Assembly (NCBI RefSeq): GCF_001194135.2
Contig: NC_068981.1
Span: 72,578,820 to 72,642,819, forward strand
Direction: 5' to 3'
Length of the DNA stretch: 64,000 bases
Source: Octopus bimaculoides
Taxonomy: Eukaryota
The first letter of the stretch is position 1. Each line of letters opens with the position of its first letter. Below are positions 1 to 14,100 of this stretch, one piece after another. The translations under genes and the position numbers were made by a program. The notes under the pieces are model-generated. The model was not told where the DNA came from. It saw only the letters and a program-made list of their open reading frames with translations, and searched no databases.

Positions 1-319
1 TATATATATATATATACGTATATATATACATGTATTAGATATGCAGAGATAAACCCAGAACTATGTATGTGTGTATATATATATATATATGTATGCATAG
101 ATTCACGTATGTACGTATGTACGTATGTATGTATGTATGCATGTATGCAATTTCATGTTATGTTTGCATTGGGTTTAATCGTGGCGTAAATATCTGTTTA
201 TCTGTACACGTGCCAGTGAAATAAATCTACCAAGAATTCTATGAGCAAAGAGAATGTTTAAAATGTTTTATTTCTGTTTAAAAATAAAGAAAAATTTGGA
301 AGATATACTTCGCCACTGC

Positions 320-426
320 AACTCCTCATCTTCTCCCTCCTCCTCCTATCACCATTACTATCATCATCATCCTCATCAATACCACTACTACCACCACTAC
401 AGCCGGCCATCATCGACATCATCATT

Positions 427-459
<33 letters not shown>

Positions 460-860
460 TGCAACAGCAGCCTGTACCATCAGCAGCTTCAGTGACAGTA
501 TAGCAACAGCAGTCATCGTCCCCGTTATTATCTTTGCCACCACCACCACCACCATGACCATCACCACCATGACCATCACCACCATGACCATCACCATCCA
601 CTATTTACAACACCTAACCCAAATCAAAGACGACGATACCCGTTCCTAATCTACCCATCATCATTAGCAGCATCACCCCCACCCCCGCACACACACACAC
701 ACACACATTGTCCCCACCATTGATCCTACCGTCACTGCCACCGCTACCACCACCACCACAGCCTCCAGCGCCACCCCCTTTCATCTTAACCCCCTACCTT
801 GACTATTTCGATACCCAACTTTTACCACCTCCTATATATCCACCTTCATCATAATAATAA
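320..860. repeat. Degenerate CAT/CAC trinucleotide low-complexity tract
   Basis: Runs of catcat, caccac and ccatga/ccatca units; explains the His/Ser/Thr-rich ORFs at 254-649. Confidence 0.85.
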
Positions 861-1523
861 CCGCTGTTGTTACTCTGTTCTCATTCGTCATTATTTTCTG
901 CTTTTATAATCAATGAATTGTTTTTGCTGCTGGTGCTGCTGGGACCCAGGTTAATCCTAATCGAACAAACCTTTTTTATTTTCTTACGTATAATGTACCA
1001 AGGACCACATTATCCGACGTGTCCTGACAGTATGATGTGATTTGATCAAACATATTTGACTGCTACTTCTAGCCGGCCGATCGACCAAGCTGATGCGCCC
1101 CAAATCAAAAAAAAACTACACAGCTTGAAGAAATCGCAATATTGGGCCACTTCGTTGCTTTTCTTTTTCATCATCGTATGTTTATTTTATTGTATTTTGA
1201 AAGATATTTCGAGAATTTTGTCTGCTGTTACGAATTGCCTGTTTATTTATTTTGTTGTTTTTGTAGGTATAATTAATGTATACATTCCGGATCTTAAACG
1301 TTTTGCGTTCAAACGACACCAAAGTCGACTCTGTCTTTCATGTTTTCGTGGGNNNNNNNNNNNNNNNNNNNNNNNNNNNNNNNNNNNNNNNNNNNNNNNN
1401 NNNNNNNNNNNNNNNNNNNNNNNNNNNNNNNNNNNNNNNNNNNNNNNNNNNNNNNNNNNNNNNNNNNNNNNNNNNNNNNNNNNNNNNNNNNNNNNNNNNN
1501 NNNNNNNNNNNNNNNNNNNNNNN

Positions 1524-1675
1524 CCTTTTAGTCGAGCAAATCGACCCCAGGACTTATTCTTTGGAAGCCTAGTACTTATTATATCGGTCTCTTTTGCCGA
1601 ACCGCTAAGTTACGGGGACGTAAACACACTAGCATCGGTTGTCAAGCGTTGGTGGGAGAACAAACACATACACAA

Positions 1676-1708
<33 letters not shown>

Positions 1709-1879
1709 CATATATACGACGGGCTTCTTTCAGTTTCTGTCTACCAAATCCACTCACAAGGCTTTGGTCGGCCCGAGGCTATAGTAGTAGACACTTGCCC
1801 AAGGTGCCACGCAGTGGGACTGAACCCGGAACCGTGTGGTTGGTAAGCAAGCTACTTACCACACAGCCACTCCTGCGCC
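1524..1879 (-). mobile_element. tRNA-derived SINE, family A (octopus OR-like, CORE-type), 3' end lost in gap
   Basis: Reverse complement of the full copy at 40924-41340: head ggcgcaggagtggctgtgtggtaagtagcttgc, ccttgggcaagtgtc CORE-like box, internal TA/CA run, body gtaacttagcggttcggcaaaagagacc. Confidence 0.9.
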
Positions 1880-1949
1880 TATGTAAAAAATAATTTCTAA
1901 TGTTTATGATTCGTTGCTATATAAGTGCCGGTGCTGCTTAAGTCACCAG

Positions 1950-2135
1950 TCCAGCCCCAGTCGAGTAGACATATATAATCGATGACAACATTCTAGCCGT
2001 GACCATTCTATCTGTTTTTTCGTATATTTACAACTACAGTATCCAGTATGTTTTTCTTCTGTTTAAGACAACGATATAGAGAATAACGAATTAAAGGAAT
2101 TTAGCTGCTATTACTAATAAATCGAGCGACCTCAT
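1950..2135 (+). repeat. Old interspersed repeat (related fragments near 1005-1085 and 22640-22800)
   Basis: Shared motifs agccgtgaccat / ttaagac / gctgctatt-cta-g / cgagcgacc visible in three places; highly diverged. Confidence 0.35.
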
Positions 2136-2419
2136 AGAGACTACGCCGTTCAAAACGTCGTCATGTCGTCGTCATCGTAATTGTTACCGTCGTTGCTGTT
2201 ATTATTGCAATCAGTGACAGTATGAACAGAAGCTATATTTCACCTACTGTACAAGTGAGGTTTATTTACTGTAATCCAAGTAGCCGGCTCTTGCATGGTT
2301 GGCTGGCTGGTCGGTTGGCAACTGTATATTTGATGAACTTTCTTCTGTTTCTCAGTCTTTCTTTGTCGTTGTCTGTCACTTTTTCTCTCCCTGTCCCTCT
2401 CTCTCCTTCTCTGCTTCGG

Positions 2420-2483
<64 letters not shown>

Positions 2484-2678
2484 ACATGCTCTTATTTTCA
2501 TTATTCGTCATCTTCTCGTTTATTTTCCGTCTTGCTTTCTCATCTGTTTCGAAAAAGTTGTTCAACGATCTTGTAAATAGAACGCAAATACACATACATA
2601 CATACATACATACATACATACATACATACACACATACATACATACACACATACATACATACACACGTTCAAGCATACA

Positions 2679-2712
<34 letters not shown>

Positions 2713-3860
2713 CAGAGAAATATATATATAACGTCCTGTACCCTGATATGCATCTATATACACATGTAGATGTAAGTATATACATATATGTGTGTATACA
2801 TGCATATATATTCTTTGTATTATTACATCATTGAACGCACACGTCCTTTTTGCAAGTAAGACTGTACTTTATATATAAACAAACGTACATACGTACGCAC
2901 AAACACAAACATACATATGCGTACATACGTACAAACGTATATGATTACGCAAATGCATGCATTCATGCGTATATAATAAAAGGATAAAAGTTTACAGATA
3001 CATACACAGATATATCCAACACGCACGCGCACACGCACCTATGTACTTACACATACACACATAATACGCAGTCACATATAAACACATACATACGTACGCG
3101 CACACGGACGCACACATCGATATACGTACGTGTGCATATGCATACACACGCATACAAAGCACGTGCAACAGCCTCACCCCACCTCCATTCCCGCAAACAC
3201 ACACACACATGCACGCACGCGCACGCACGCACGCACGCCATGCCATGCATGTGCTCAAATGTTGCCGTACGTAACTGTACGCTTAATATTATTTGTAAAC
3301 TACATTAGTTCCGGATCTCGCTGTGGAGACGGGCATATTTCGCGTTGGTTAGTAGTGTTGGTGGTGAATTTTACTTTGTTGTTGCTACCTTCGTTGTTAA
3401 CCTTGTTGTTGTTGTTACAAGTGGTGCTTGCGTTGGTATTGGTGTCGCCGCCGGCTGATGTAAGTGTTAGTTGGTGTGCGTGTGCGTATGTGTGTGTGTG
3501 TGTGTGCATTTGTTGTATGTGTTTGTGTGTTGTTGGTATGATTAAACGTGGAATCCTACCGCCAGTTCCAACACAACAACTAAGCTCTCTGTATAGGAAG
3601 GACTACACATACTAGCGATGGAAAAAGAACGAAAACAAGAAACAATTATATGAAGCCATATAAATAAACAAAACAAACAAACACGCAAACACATACACAC
3701 GCACACACACACACACACATACACACACACACACGCCTATTCAGAGCATAGAAAAACTTCCATAGAAAGATCGGGATGGCGACTAAACCAGTAAAATCAT
3801 TATCCAGAAGGTAAGCAAACTAACGTATTTCATTATATTGTTATTGACATCTGAGTGAAA

Positions 3861-3896
<36 letters not shown>

Positions 3897-3899
<3 letters not shown>

Positions 3900-4189
3900 G
3901 ACCTGGAAATAGAGGTAACTCGAATGTGGAATCTAAAAACAGAAACAATTCCTATTATAGTAGGTGCCTTAGGTATATTCAGACAAATACATAACAAAAA
4001 CACCAGGACTTACAAATATATATAACATCCAGAAAATTGCACTACTGGGTACTGCACACATCCTACGCAAAACACTTTCAATACAGTAACCATAAGAGCA
4101 CCACAGCAAACCACAGCACATACCCAAGGTGTGCAGAGCTGCGCTCGGTAGTGAAGTGAAAGCACGTTATAAAAATAAAACTACTGAAC
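3897..4189 (+). mobile_element. 5'-truncated R4/Dong-like non-LTR retrotransposon (RLE C-terminus + 3' UTR) inside a (TAA)n array
   Basis: Translates as KDLEIEVTRMWNLKTETIPIIVGALG, frameshift, YITKTPGLTNIYNIQKIALLGTAHILRKTLSIQ*, the typical C-terminus of R4-clade restriction-like endonuclease elements; flanked by (AAT)n at 3861-3897 and 4190-4262. Confidence 0.85.
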
Positions 4190-4244
<55 letters not shown>

Positions 4245-5149
4245 GTAACAATAATAATACTAATGTTTGTTACAATCACTTGGGTGTCTCGGCAAGTGAT
4301 TGTAGCAAACATTCAGATTAAAAGTAAACAACAACAGCAGCAGCAGCAGCAATAACAACAACAACAACAACAACAGCAGCAGCAGCAGCGACAACAACAG
4401 CAACAATAACAGTAATGATAATAATAATGATGATAATGGTTTAAAATATTGACACGAGGCCAGCGATATCCGGGGATGCTGTAGGTCGATTACATTGTCC
4501 CTAGTGTTCAACTTACTTTATCCAAAGATTAAGAGGAAGTCAATCTCAACAGAATTTGAAATTAATAATAATAAAATCGAAATATTGCTGCCCCGGCTTT
4601 TTGTGTTTGAGTTCAAATCCTTCTCCTTCTGGAACTGAATTTTCTTTTTTTCTTTTTTTTTTCTTTTCTTTCGGGATCGATAAAATACATGCAGCAGTCT
4701 AAATCGGGGTTTGATTGGCGGAATCGATAGAGTTTCGGCCAACATAAGTTGCCGTGTTTGTTCCGGCCTCGTTTGTTCTGAGTTCGCCTGTGACGATACT
4801 AATGCTATATTGTGTTTCACTGCGCTTTGGTTTACCTTTGTACAACATCAGTGGTATGGGTAGAGTGGGGATAGAGGGTGGAATTTATTTACACCTTGCT
4901 CGTTTCAGGTGTATCTTCATGGTCAGCTGTGTCCGCCGAGGGCCGTAGATATTTGTACTGCACTCCCCATTTCTATTCCCACTGTCATTTTCCTTTCCGT
5001 ATTATACATACATACATACATACATACATACATTGATACATACATATACACACAATACATACACAAACAAATACATACACAAACACATACATACTTATCT
5101 ATATATAGACGCACACATACAAATATATATTACGGATGTTAAACACATG

Positions 5150-5194
<45 letters not shown>

Positions 5195-5249
5195 CCTACC
5201 TACCTACCTACCTACCTACCTACCTACCTATCCATCTATCTGTCTATCG

Positions 5250-5299
<50 letters not shown>

Positions 5300-5433
5300 A
5301 TATATATATATATATAAATAGAAACTCATACACACACGTTTGTGTATGTGTGGTATGGGATTGTTTGAGCGTGTATATTTGTGCATGTCTTGTGATGAAT
5401 GTCTGCGCGCGCCCGCTCGTGTGTGTGCGTGTG

Positions 5434-5474
<41 letters not shown>

Positions 5475-5514
5475 AGTGTTTGTGGATGTGCTGATATGTA
5501 GGTGCGTATGCATG

Positions 5515-5700
5515 ATTTAGGAATAATGCCGTCCTGAGTTTGATCCCACTGCTCGGCACTTTGGGAAACAAGTGCCTTCTACCACAAACGCGGCTCCATC
5601 CAAGTTTTGTTAGTGAATCTGAGCAAGTAAACACCCTTTTTAAGTGGAATACGTCAGTTGTTGAAAGATCCAGCATGTCGCAGTCAACACCATATTGGGG
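5515..5700 (+). mobile_element. Diverged CORE-type SINE remnant
   Basis: gagtttgatcccactg-cggcactttggg-aacaagtgccttctac resembles the family A head; ccagcatgtcgcagtcaa resembles its 3' end. Confidence 0.45.
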
Positions 5701-5946
5701 CATTATGTTAATAGTTAAAGTGCAAACGGAATACACATCCACTTAGACTATGATGCAGACTATAAGTACGTAGTGCTGTCGTAACATCTATCTTCATCAC
5801 GTGCACTTGTATATATGTTTGTATGTATGTATTTATATATATACATATATGCATTTATGTATGTATGTATGTTTACAATTTAATATAAAATAATATAATA
5901 CAATGTATATGCAAAAGCATGTGTGCATGCGTGTGTGTGTGTGTGT

Positions 5947-5991
<45 letters not shown>

Positions 5992-6287
5992 TATAAAGTC
6001 TATGAAATAACAGAAATGACTGCAAATCACGAAACTCTTCTCACGGTTATTAGTAGGTGAAAAATGATGTGATTTAGCCATGGTCATGTATAGACAAGTT
6101 CTCGATAGCAGTGACAAGATCGTAGTTGTTGAACCACATCGAGAAATCGACATGGAAGAAGATGATTTGTAAAGTTGAAGTTGGCAGATGACCAAGAAAA
6201 ATGGAATGAAGTGGTCGGATGTATCACTATGCATGTACGGCCTTCGACGGCTACTGATTTTGACTGCTTTACACTTACACGCATACA

Positions 6288-6328
<41 letters not shown>

Positions 6329-7019
6329 CATACTCACACACACATATGCACACATGCACAAACACACACACACACGCACCTATATACATTTATATACATA
6401 TTTGTATCTATATATATATATAGCAACATAAGTTCTTTTCCTTTTTCATGCTTGTAGGAGATTAAAGAAATGAAATTGAAAATGCATTTGAAGTCTTTAA
6501 GAAGATTTATTTGCATTAAATTTAATTGGTTTCACAATTTCATGGTTTTCAAAAGTTGTATAAGATAGAATGACATAGTTATGCTGTAACTAGTGAGTCT
6601 ACGTTATGACTCCACACCTCTCCATCTTAAATTTAAATTTAAAAGAGTATGAACGAAAATTTGTGAAAAAGGGCACATCAACACAGACCGGATGTGTGAG
6701 CATTTTATGGCTATTTTCAGCCTTTCAAAAACGAAAGTTTAAAAACTTTTTAACAATATTTTTAATACAATAAATCATTTTCCATTCAAGAAAATCATGT
6801 TTCAAATAATCAGATTGTACCTAGAAATTTTAAAAAAATCTTTTGAAAGCATTTATGTACTTATATACGTGCGTGTTTGCACGTGCACGCGCGCGCACAT
6901 ACACACAGATAACGACACCGTAGAGTGCAAACGCACATATATGCATGCATATGTATGTGTCTCTCTCTCAATGCGTATACATATATGTGTATGTGTGTAT
7001 ATATATATACATATATATA

Positions 7020-7073
<54 letters not shown>

Positions 7074-7074
<1 letters not shown>

Positions 7075-7288
7075 GTTTGTGTGTTTGTGTGTCTGTGTTT
7101 GTCCCCCCCACCATTGCTTGACAACCGCTGCTGGTGTGTTTACGTCCCTGTAACTTAGCGGTTCGGCAAAAACAGACCGATAGAATAAGTACTAGGCTTA
7201 CAAAGAATAAGTCCCGGGGTCTATTTGCTCGACTAAAGGCCAGCATGGCCGCAGTCAAATGGCTGAAACAAGTAAAATAGTAAAAGTA
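7074..7288 (+). mobile_element. SINE family A, 3' half
   Basis: Near-identical to 41130-41340, ending in an aagtaaaatagtaaaagt tail. Confidence 0.9.
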
Positions 7289-7455
7289 CCTTGGAGTAAC
7301 AAGTTACGTACTAGAGCACTAAATCTAAGAGTCAGATTTGGACTGCAGTTCAAGTTGAAAGACTTTATATTCGCAGACTTTCGATATTCATAGGAAGATA
7401 TGATATAAACACAAAACATCTCCACAACATTCTGGCGAGGGAAAGTGTTTTCATA

Positions 7456-7660
7456 TACGATGGGGTACTGAAAAGTCCCCTGCTGTGGGAAATAGAAAAT
7501 ACACGATCAATTAATTATGGTTTTATAAACCATTCCCCTGTCAGATTCACACACTTACTGCAACGTTTTTTCAGTCTTTCTAAGCCCTATAAAAGAACTC
7601 GGAAGGTTGGGCCTCCAACCAGACTTTTCGCGACACCTTTAAAGCCAGGAACGTTTCAGC
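7456..7660. mobile_element. Mariner-type MITE remnant
   Basis: Left end tacgatggggtactgaaaagtccc and right end agccaggaacgtttcagc form diverged mariner-like TIRs; right TIR truncated. Confidence 0.45.
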
Positions 7661-9221
7661 TAATCAGCTTTCTGGCAACCCGATTCGGATTCAGTTACCT
7701 GTTGAAGCTATTTCATTTTACTTGTATCAGTTTTACACCTTAAAGCACCCTTGCAGCAAAATTGGATTTATGTCCTCTATGATCATACGACTTTAACGTG
7801 ATATATCACGAATAATGTATTGATATATTAGAGACCATATCTTTATAATTGTTTGGTTTTCAAAAATATCAATATATTGATAATATTCTATATTTGATGT
7901 GTGCAGGGCTTCCATGACTATTGTGTTCGTGGATATCTGCGTGCATACACAACACGTTTTGGGATGTGAGTATCTATCCATGAATCGTGGGATCACTACA
8001 TATTTTGCCAATGCTTGCCAACGCTGTGAATAAAAAGGCGCACACGCTCATATAATAAAAGATCTCTAAATTGAAAATGTGGCCATTTTCTATAACATGC
8101 CAATTCACAATGTCAAGAAAATATTCTTTTTGAATCACCCTAAAATAATTCTATAGGAACATAAATAAATAAACAAATAAATAAAATTCCTTGAAGTGTA
8201 CTTTGTATTATGTTTTGAATCCAAATAATTATTTGTGAATTTTCTTCCAGTTGTTTTGGAAGAATATTATTCATTTTCTGCTCCGATGAGCGTTGAAATG
8301 TCAAGATGTTTTTGTCTCTGTATCTTCGATAACGCTTTCTAAATATATCAAAATGATTTCTATTTAGTTCATGTTATTAGCTTCAGACACTTTCTTATAG
8401 TGACCTATTATCTTAGTATTTTAAAAGCAACGATAAACTTCATCATACCTGTTTGTAGATGCAGTTTTTGTCTAATACTAATGAGTTAGGAAAAGAGGAT
8501 ATTCTGCTGTATATTTTAATGATCTATTTTATTAACCTATTTTGTAGTTTCACTTGAAGGTGTTTTCTTACACGAAGCGATCAAGAATGCTTTAATTTGA
8601 GCTTTTGCCTTGGTGCTGTACCTCGTTTTCCTACGCTCTGTTCACTCATATCAATTGTTGGCTGCAGTATTTTTTGTCATGCTCATATTTCAATATTTTG
8701 CAATATAAATAACTTCACACCTTGTCTTCCCATTTAGAATAACATATGATTTATTGCAAAACATATCATTTGATTCCAATTTAAAATTATAAAGAACTTT
8801 GTTATCTTTCAACTTCTGGCTGACATGAAAATATTTTATTGCATGATCGTGTTTTCTTACAATTCAATTTCTATTTTAATTGTAGAAGTCCACTATATAC
8901 TCATCTTGTCTTGTTTTTCAGAGACCAAGTTTATCTTCCAGCCTTCTGAATTAATAAATCTATATTATCATTCTGTTACGACCTACGTATGCAATACACA
9001 ACAATGGAACGAAATCAAATACCTAATATATTATATACATTACATCTATTCGTAAGAGGATTGACTAATAAACCACGGAACGATACCGGAGACATAATCT
9101 ATTATAGATACATTTATATTATTCATAATATTCGTAAGACTATTGACTGAAAAGTAAATGTTTATTTAAGTGACACACCCGCTCGCACACGCAAGCTCAC
9201 ACATACGTATACATGTGTGTG

Positions 9222-9258
<37 letters not shown>

Positions 9259-10384
9259 TGATAGATAGATAATACGGTAGTCGCTATACTTCGTCCAATG
9301 AGATTGGGAGTTCATATACAGTTATATGCATTTTCTTTGACATGTAATTATGGATGTTACCGATGTAGTCGTGCTGGATCAGAATAATATAATAGACAAT
9401 GTCTATGATTATGCTTCACCGTTACGACTAAAACGTTTGATATATACATTATTCTTTGAACACGTTTTTGATCATTTAATTACATTGTCATAATGGGGAA
9501 GATGGAAAGAAGTGAACTGGTGTATATGGCTTTTCTAGAACATTTTTACTTTTTCATGTAGATCATAGATAAAAATGATGGATAATAACTCTTAAGGCCT
9601 AACCGGTGCTAAGTCTATAAGAAAGAATATAGTTTTTAACAATGTTATACCCAATGTCAATATTATCTCCATAGACTCTACGCCATCTCAGTTATATAAT
9701 TTCAAGGGAAATTATGAAGTCTATGGTTCTCTCTAAACATGCAATAACCTCATAGCTTTGCAAAAAATCGCGGAATTTGTATGGGAGTTGGTAGTTACAT
9801 ATCAGTATGGTATTGGGATTCATTGACTCTTTGTGTTATTACAATTGTGACAATGATTCCATCATCCCTGCTGCAAACATCATTACATACCATAATCTCT
9901 ACCTAAACCCTACCAATCTCTTCCTTTCTCTCTCCTCTTCTAACTCCTCCTCCATTATTTGTTTCTCAGTCTTTAGTTCTTACATCAGAGGCTGGTACAA
10001 TCGGGGAGCGAATTAATTCTATTAATATTCAGTTCCAAAGCATTTTATGATGTTTTATTTAAAGCGTTTTTCTGAGTATTAAATAAGTAACCTACATTTG
10101 TCTAGATCTAACGGAGAAACCTTAACGCAATCGCTTGTCTTGTTACAAATAACAGTAAAATCTCCCTTTAGTTGCACGAAAGAGAATCAACCATGCAAAA
10201 AGACGAGGTGGTCTAGGCGGGGATTATTTGTTCATAAGTTTTCTTTATCAGGGTTGACCTGGGATTAAGCAACGTCAACAGGAAAAGATCGTTTCGAAAT
10301 ATTTCTTAAAATTTGGTGTTAAAACAACAATTTTGTTTTTATTCACAGTTAATTTAGTAGCAATATCTGATATTTTCAACGCTT

Positions 10385-11100
10385 TCATGTCCCTTGATCC
10401 CAATTCTAGTATTCCTAAGTTCATCTCAGTTCTAGTATTTCTATTATCGAAATTCCAATATTTTCATATTTCCTGATTACACTCGCAGAATTTATATGAT
10501 CATTGGCGTTAAATCTAGAATTTCCATCCTCTTCGATTCCATTTCTAGGATTTCTATGATTCGGGATGCCAGTTCGTTTATTTCCATGATCCCATTTCTA
10601 GTATTTTTAAGATTCTTGATCCTAATCCTATGCTTTACATATTATTCAGTCCAAACCCTAGTATTTCTATTTTATTATTTTCATATTTTTTGATCCCAGT
10701 TCTTTTTCTGTGTTCCAAAATCTAATTTCAATTTATTTCACGTTTCTTGGTTCTATTCTCGTATTTCTATGTTCTTTGATCAAAGTTTGCGTATTTCCTT
10801 ATTTGGTGATGGCAGTTGTGTTATTTTCATGATTCTTGCTGCAAGTTCAAGTTCCATTATCTTAGTTCTTAGCCTGTATTTCCACGTTTTCCGATCTTCA
10901 TTCTAGAATTTCTAAATTCATTGAGCCTAATTTTAACATTCTTAAGTATTTTAGTCCCAATTCTAATATTCTCATGTTTTGAATTCCAGTTCTTTTATTT
11001 TTTTTTTTTTTTTATTTCCGTTCTATTATTTCCTTGTTCATTGAACCCGATTCTTATATTTCCATGGATTACAATATCGATAAGTTTATATATCTTTTCT
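10385..11100. repeat. Highly degenerate ~27-30 bp minisatellite array
   Basis: Recurring units of the type ttcttgatcccagttctagtatttctatg; strong T-rich strand bias. Confidence 0.6.
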
Positions 11101-14100
11101 TTTCCATTTGAAAACCATCTGATCTTCTATTCTCTGTCATGAAGTCATATTGAATGCCTTTATCATAAAAAGTGTTGACATCATTCAATTAAGTTATATT
11201 ACTTAACCTGTGTTTTATATACTTTTATATTTTTGGAAGCGGTATTTTCTTCCATTTTCCTTAATGAAACATTGTCGTTGTATCGTTGTGTCGTCATTGC
11301 TGCCTTCCTCTTCATTCTCATTCACTCAGTATTATTATTATTATCTAGTTTCTTGTTTTATACATAGTAACAATTCCTATTGTATACTTCCCTATACTGC
11401 ATCTCATGTTCTGTTTCTTTATTCACTGAAATATTTTTTTGATTGTTTTCATATTCTTTATAAGTCTTCTCTGCGTATTTTTTCTTACCCAATATATATG
11501 CATTTTTTTTCATTTACAATATTCTTTCTACTTACTATAATATTTGAAAATGCATTGTTTTTATTCTTGTGAATTTTCGTCCAAATTTTGTTTTTGTAGG
11601 CTTCATTTTTATAGTAGATTGGAGTAGGTTCCTCTTTACGTCCTATTTTTTTTTATTTATTTCAATATATCCTGAAATCTACTCACTTTTTCTTTATTTA
11701 TTTATCCTTTTTACTGATTTTAGTTTTCCCCTTTTTCTTGTTTCGTTGATTCCGTTAGCCGTGTCATATCCTGTCTAGCATTATTTATTCAGACAGTTGT
11801 TTTTATTCTATTTCTTTATATCACACTATTTTCTCAAGCTTACTTCTTTTGTACATTGTAGCATTGAAAAATATACATTTAAGTCGGCTCCAAAGAATCA
11901 TTAATGTAAAAATAAATGTGTATAATATTGCTGTCAAAACATATTATAAGAACAGAAAAGTATATAAATTGAGGATAGAGTGATACGTTGCGTTCACCCT
12001 TTGCCCATGAATATCACTCTCCGAAATATATTTTCAACGATATCCCTATACCAAGCCAACATACACCATTTTATATAATTTTTACGATATTCTTTCTATG
12101 TAAGTTTTCTAAATTGATTTCACTTAAAATTTCTTACTTTTATTATTTTTACTAATCTACTGGTCTACTAAATATTTAAAGATTGCACTATTATTTAAAA
12201 ACAGAAAATCACGCGATAATATCAACAAATCACCGATATATTTTTAATGTCAAGTATTATCGTTGTATGTTAGCCTCAAGAACCGAATTGATCAAGCAGA
12301 TACATGATAAAAAATACATTCTAGCCATTAACATTCTATCTTTTCTTTTTAAGAATAGAGCATTTCAGTTCTAGACCACATTATCGTTCTTCATAAAGAT
12401 GCCAGTGTTTGGCTGATATATCTAGCAAATCATTTAACCACATAATGATTCCTTTGTTAAATGGTAATGTTAAGATTTTTAATGTGTGATTGTATCAGGG
12501 GGTTCAGTTCGGATTGGCAGCTATTCCTTTCATTTTTGATCTACTGAGCTGTAACGACAATAGATAAAAGATTTCAAAGTTAGCTCCTATCCGTAGAAAA
12601 CAATATATTTCTTGCTTTTCATAAACAATACTATAAAGAAAAAACAAAACAATAGGATATGCAGAATCTTAGATTTGAGATTGTTAACTCGAATATATTA
12701 CCTGAAATAACATGGTGATTTGAAAATTCTTTAAGGAAGGTTTATACTATACTTACAGAAGTATCTAAGAAACAGATCGTTATAGCTAATATTATATGCT
12801 GCTATTGTTTAGCTTCATGTCATTCCTGAGCTAGCAATTCTATGATAAAACGACTACCAGAGACAGCTACTTATCTCTTTGTTCTACGTTTTCTCATTTG
12901 TCCTTCCTTTTTTTTTAAAACGGTTTGATGTAATTTGATATTTCTCTGCTTTTTCTATTGGGTTGAGCCAATGTATAGAACTCACCTCTTACTTTGTTCT
13001 GTTGTTGGTGGTATTGATGGTGGTGATATCTAATCATAGATCAACTCTGACTGAGTAAACCAATCATCGAAAAGCATTTCAGTCGGGATCATCCAATCCT
13101 TTTAAAGATATCTATCTGTTACTGCGTTGCCTATTACGATTTTGCCTTTTTGAATCTTGTTGCTTGCGGGTTGAGAGAAACTTGGCTGATATTTTTAGCA
13201 ATTCAGATGATTATATACTGGTTCTTATGTTGCCTAGGTTGGCTTGTTCTATAATATTTCAACGTGCGACACTGGGAAAGAAATACCTAACAAATTACAT
13301 ATTAAATATAAAAAGACTATTAGAAGCAAAGGATACCGGATTGTCTGTCATCGGCATTGTATTGTATATAGGAGTCTCAAGAAGAACAGATGCAACCTAA
13401 CTCGATAACTGATATTGCATTAACATAGTTTACGTGAGGTGAATAATATAGTTTACGAGAAAAAATATGAAGGCTACTTTTCTGACAATTTTACTGTTAC
13501 TAAAATATCTTGAGGAGACCTGCAAACATGAATATTAATCATGAAACTATATATAAATATGCACAAAGAAATTATTTTTATCTGGATATTTCATCCTTAA
13601 TTTCTATTAGCACATCAAGCAATTATTTCAGTTGCTATCAACATGGAAAAGAAGGCTCCGCATGAATAGATCTGAAGCGATAATCGACAGTGATAATCAG
13701 AACCAAATTATCTTCGTTTATAACATCTTAGTTTCATGGTACACGTTCTGCTGTAGAGGATTACCGGTGTCCGTATTATTGGGAACCGCCTGATAAAGTA
13801 TCCATCGGCGAGGTACTGCCTTAATCTGCCGGTGTTAAGAAAGCCGCCTTGAAGATTGCGTTAATTTACGATTATTTTTCATGACCGTCTCTCTGGAATG
13901 TGGAACATCTATCTTCGTGTAGATTTTAATTTGGAATGATCTTGGTGCGACTAAGCCAAAGGATGAAGCTTTGAGCAGAAAATGACGTTTCCGACGCAAG
14001 GGAGGATAAGCAAGCAAAAGATTCTATGATGGCTACTTCCCTTGCTGAAAGGGTATTACCCCTTCAGCGCCCTTCCAAATTTAACATGTATGTAATCTGA

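Noticed and set aside
2222-6516. Many ORFs with HT/CV/YI/LS/ER dipeptide repeats (also throughout the window)
   Set aside because: Translations of CA, TA, TC and TACA microsatellites
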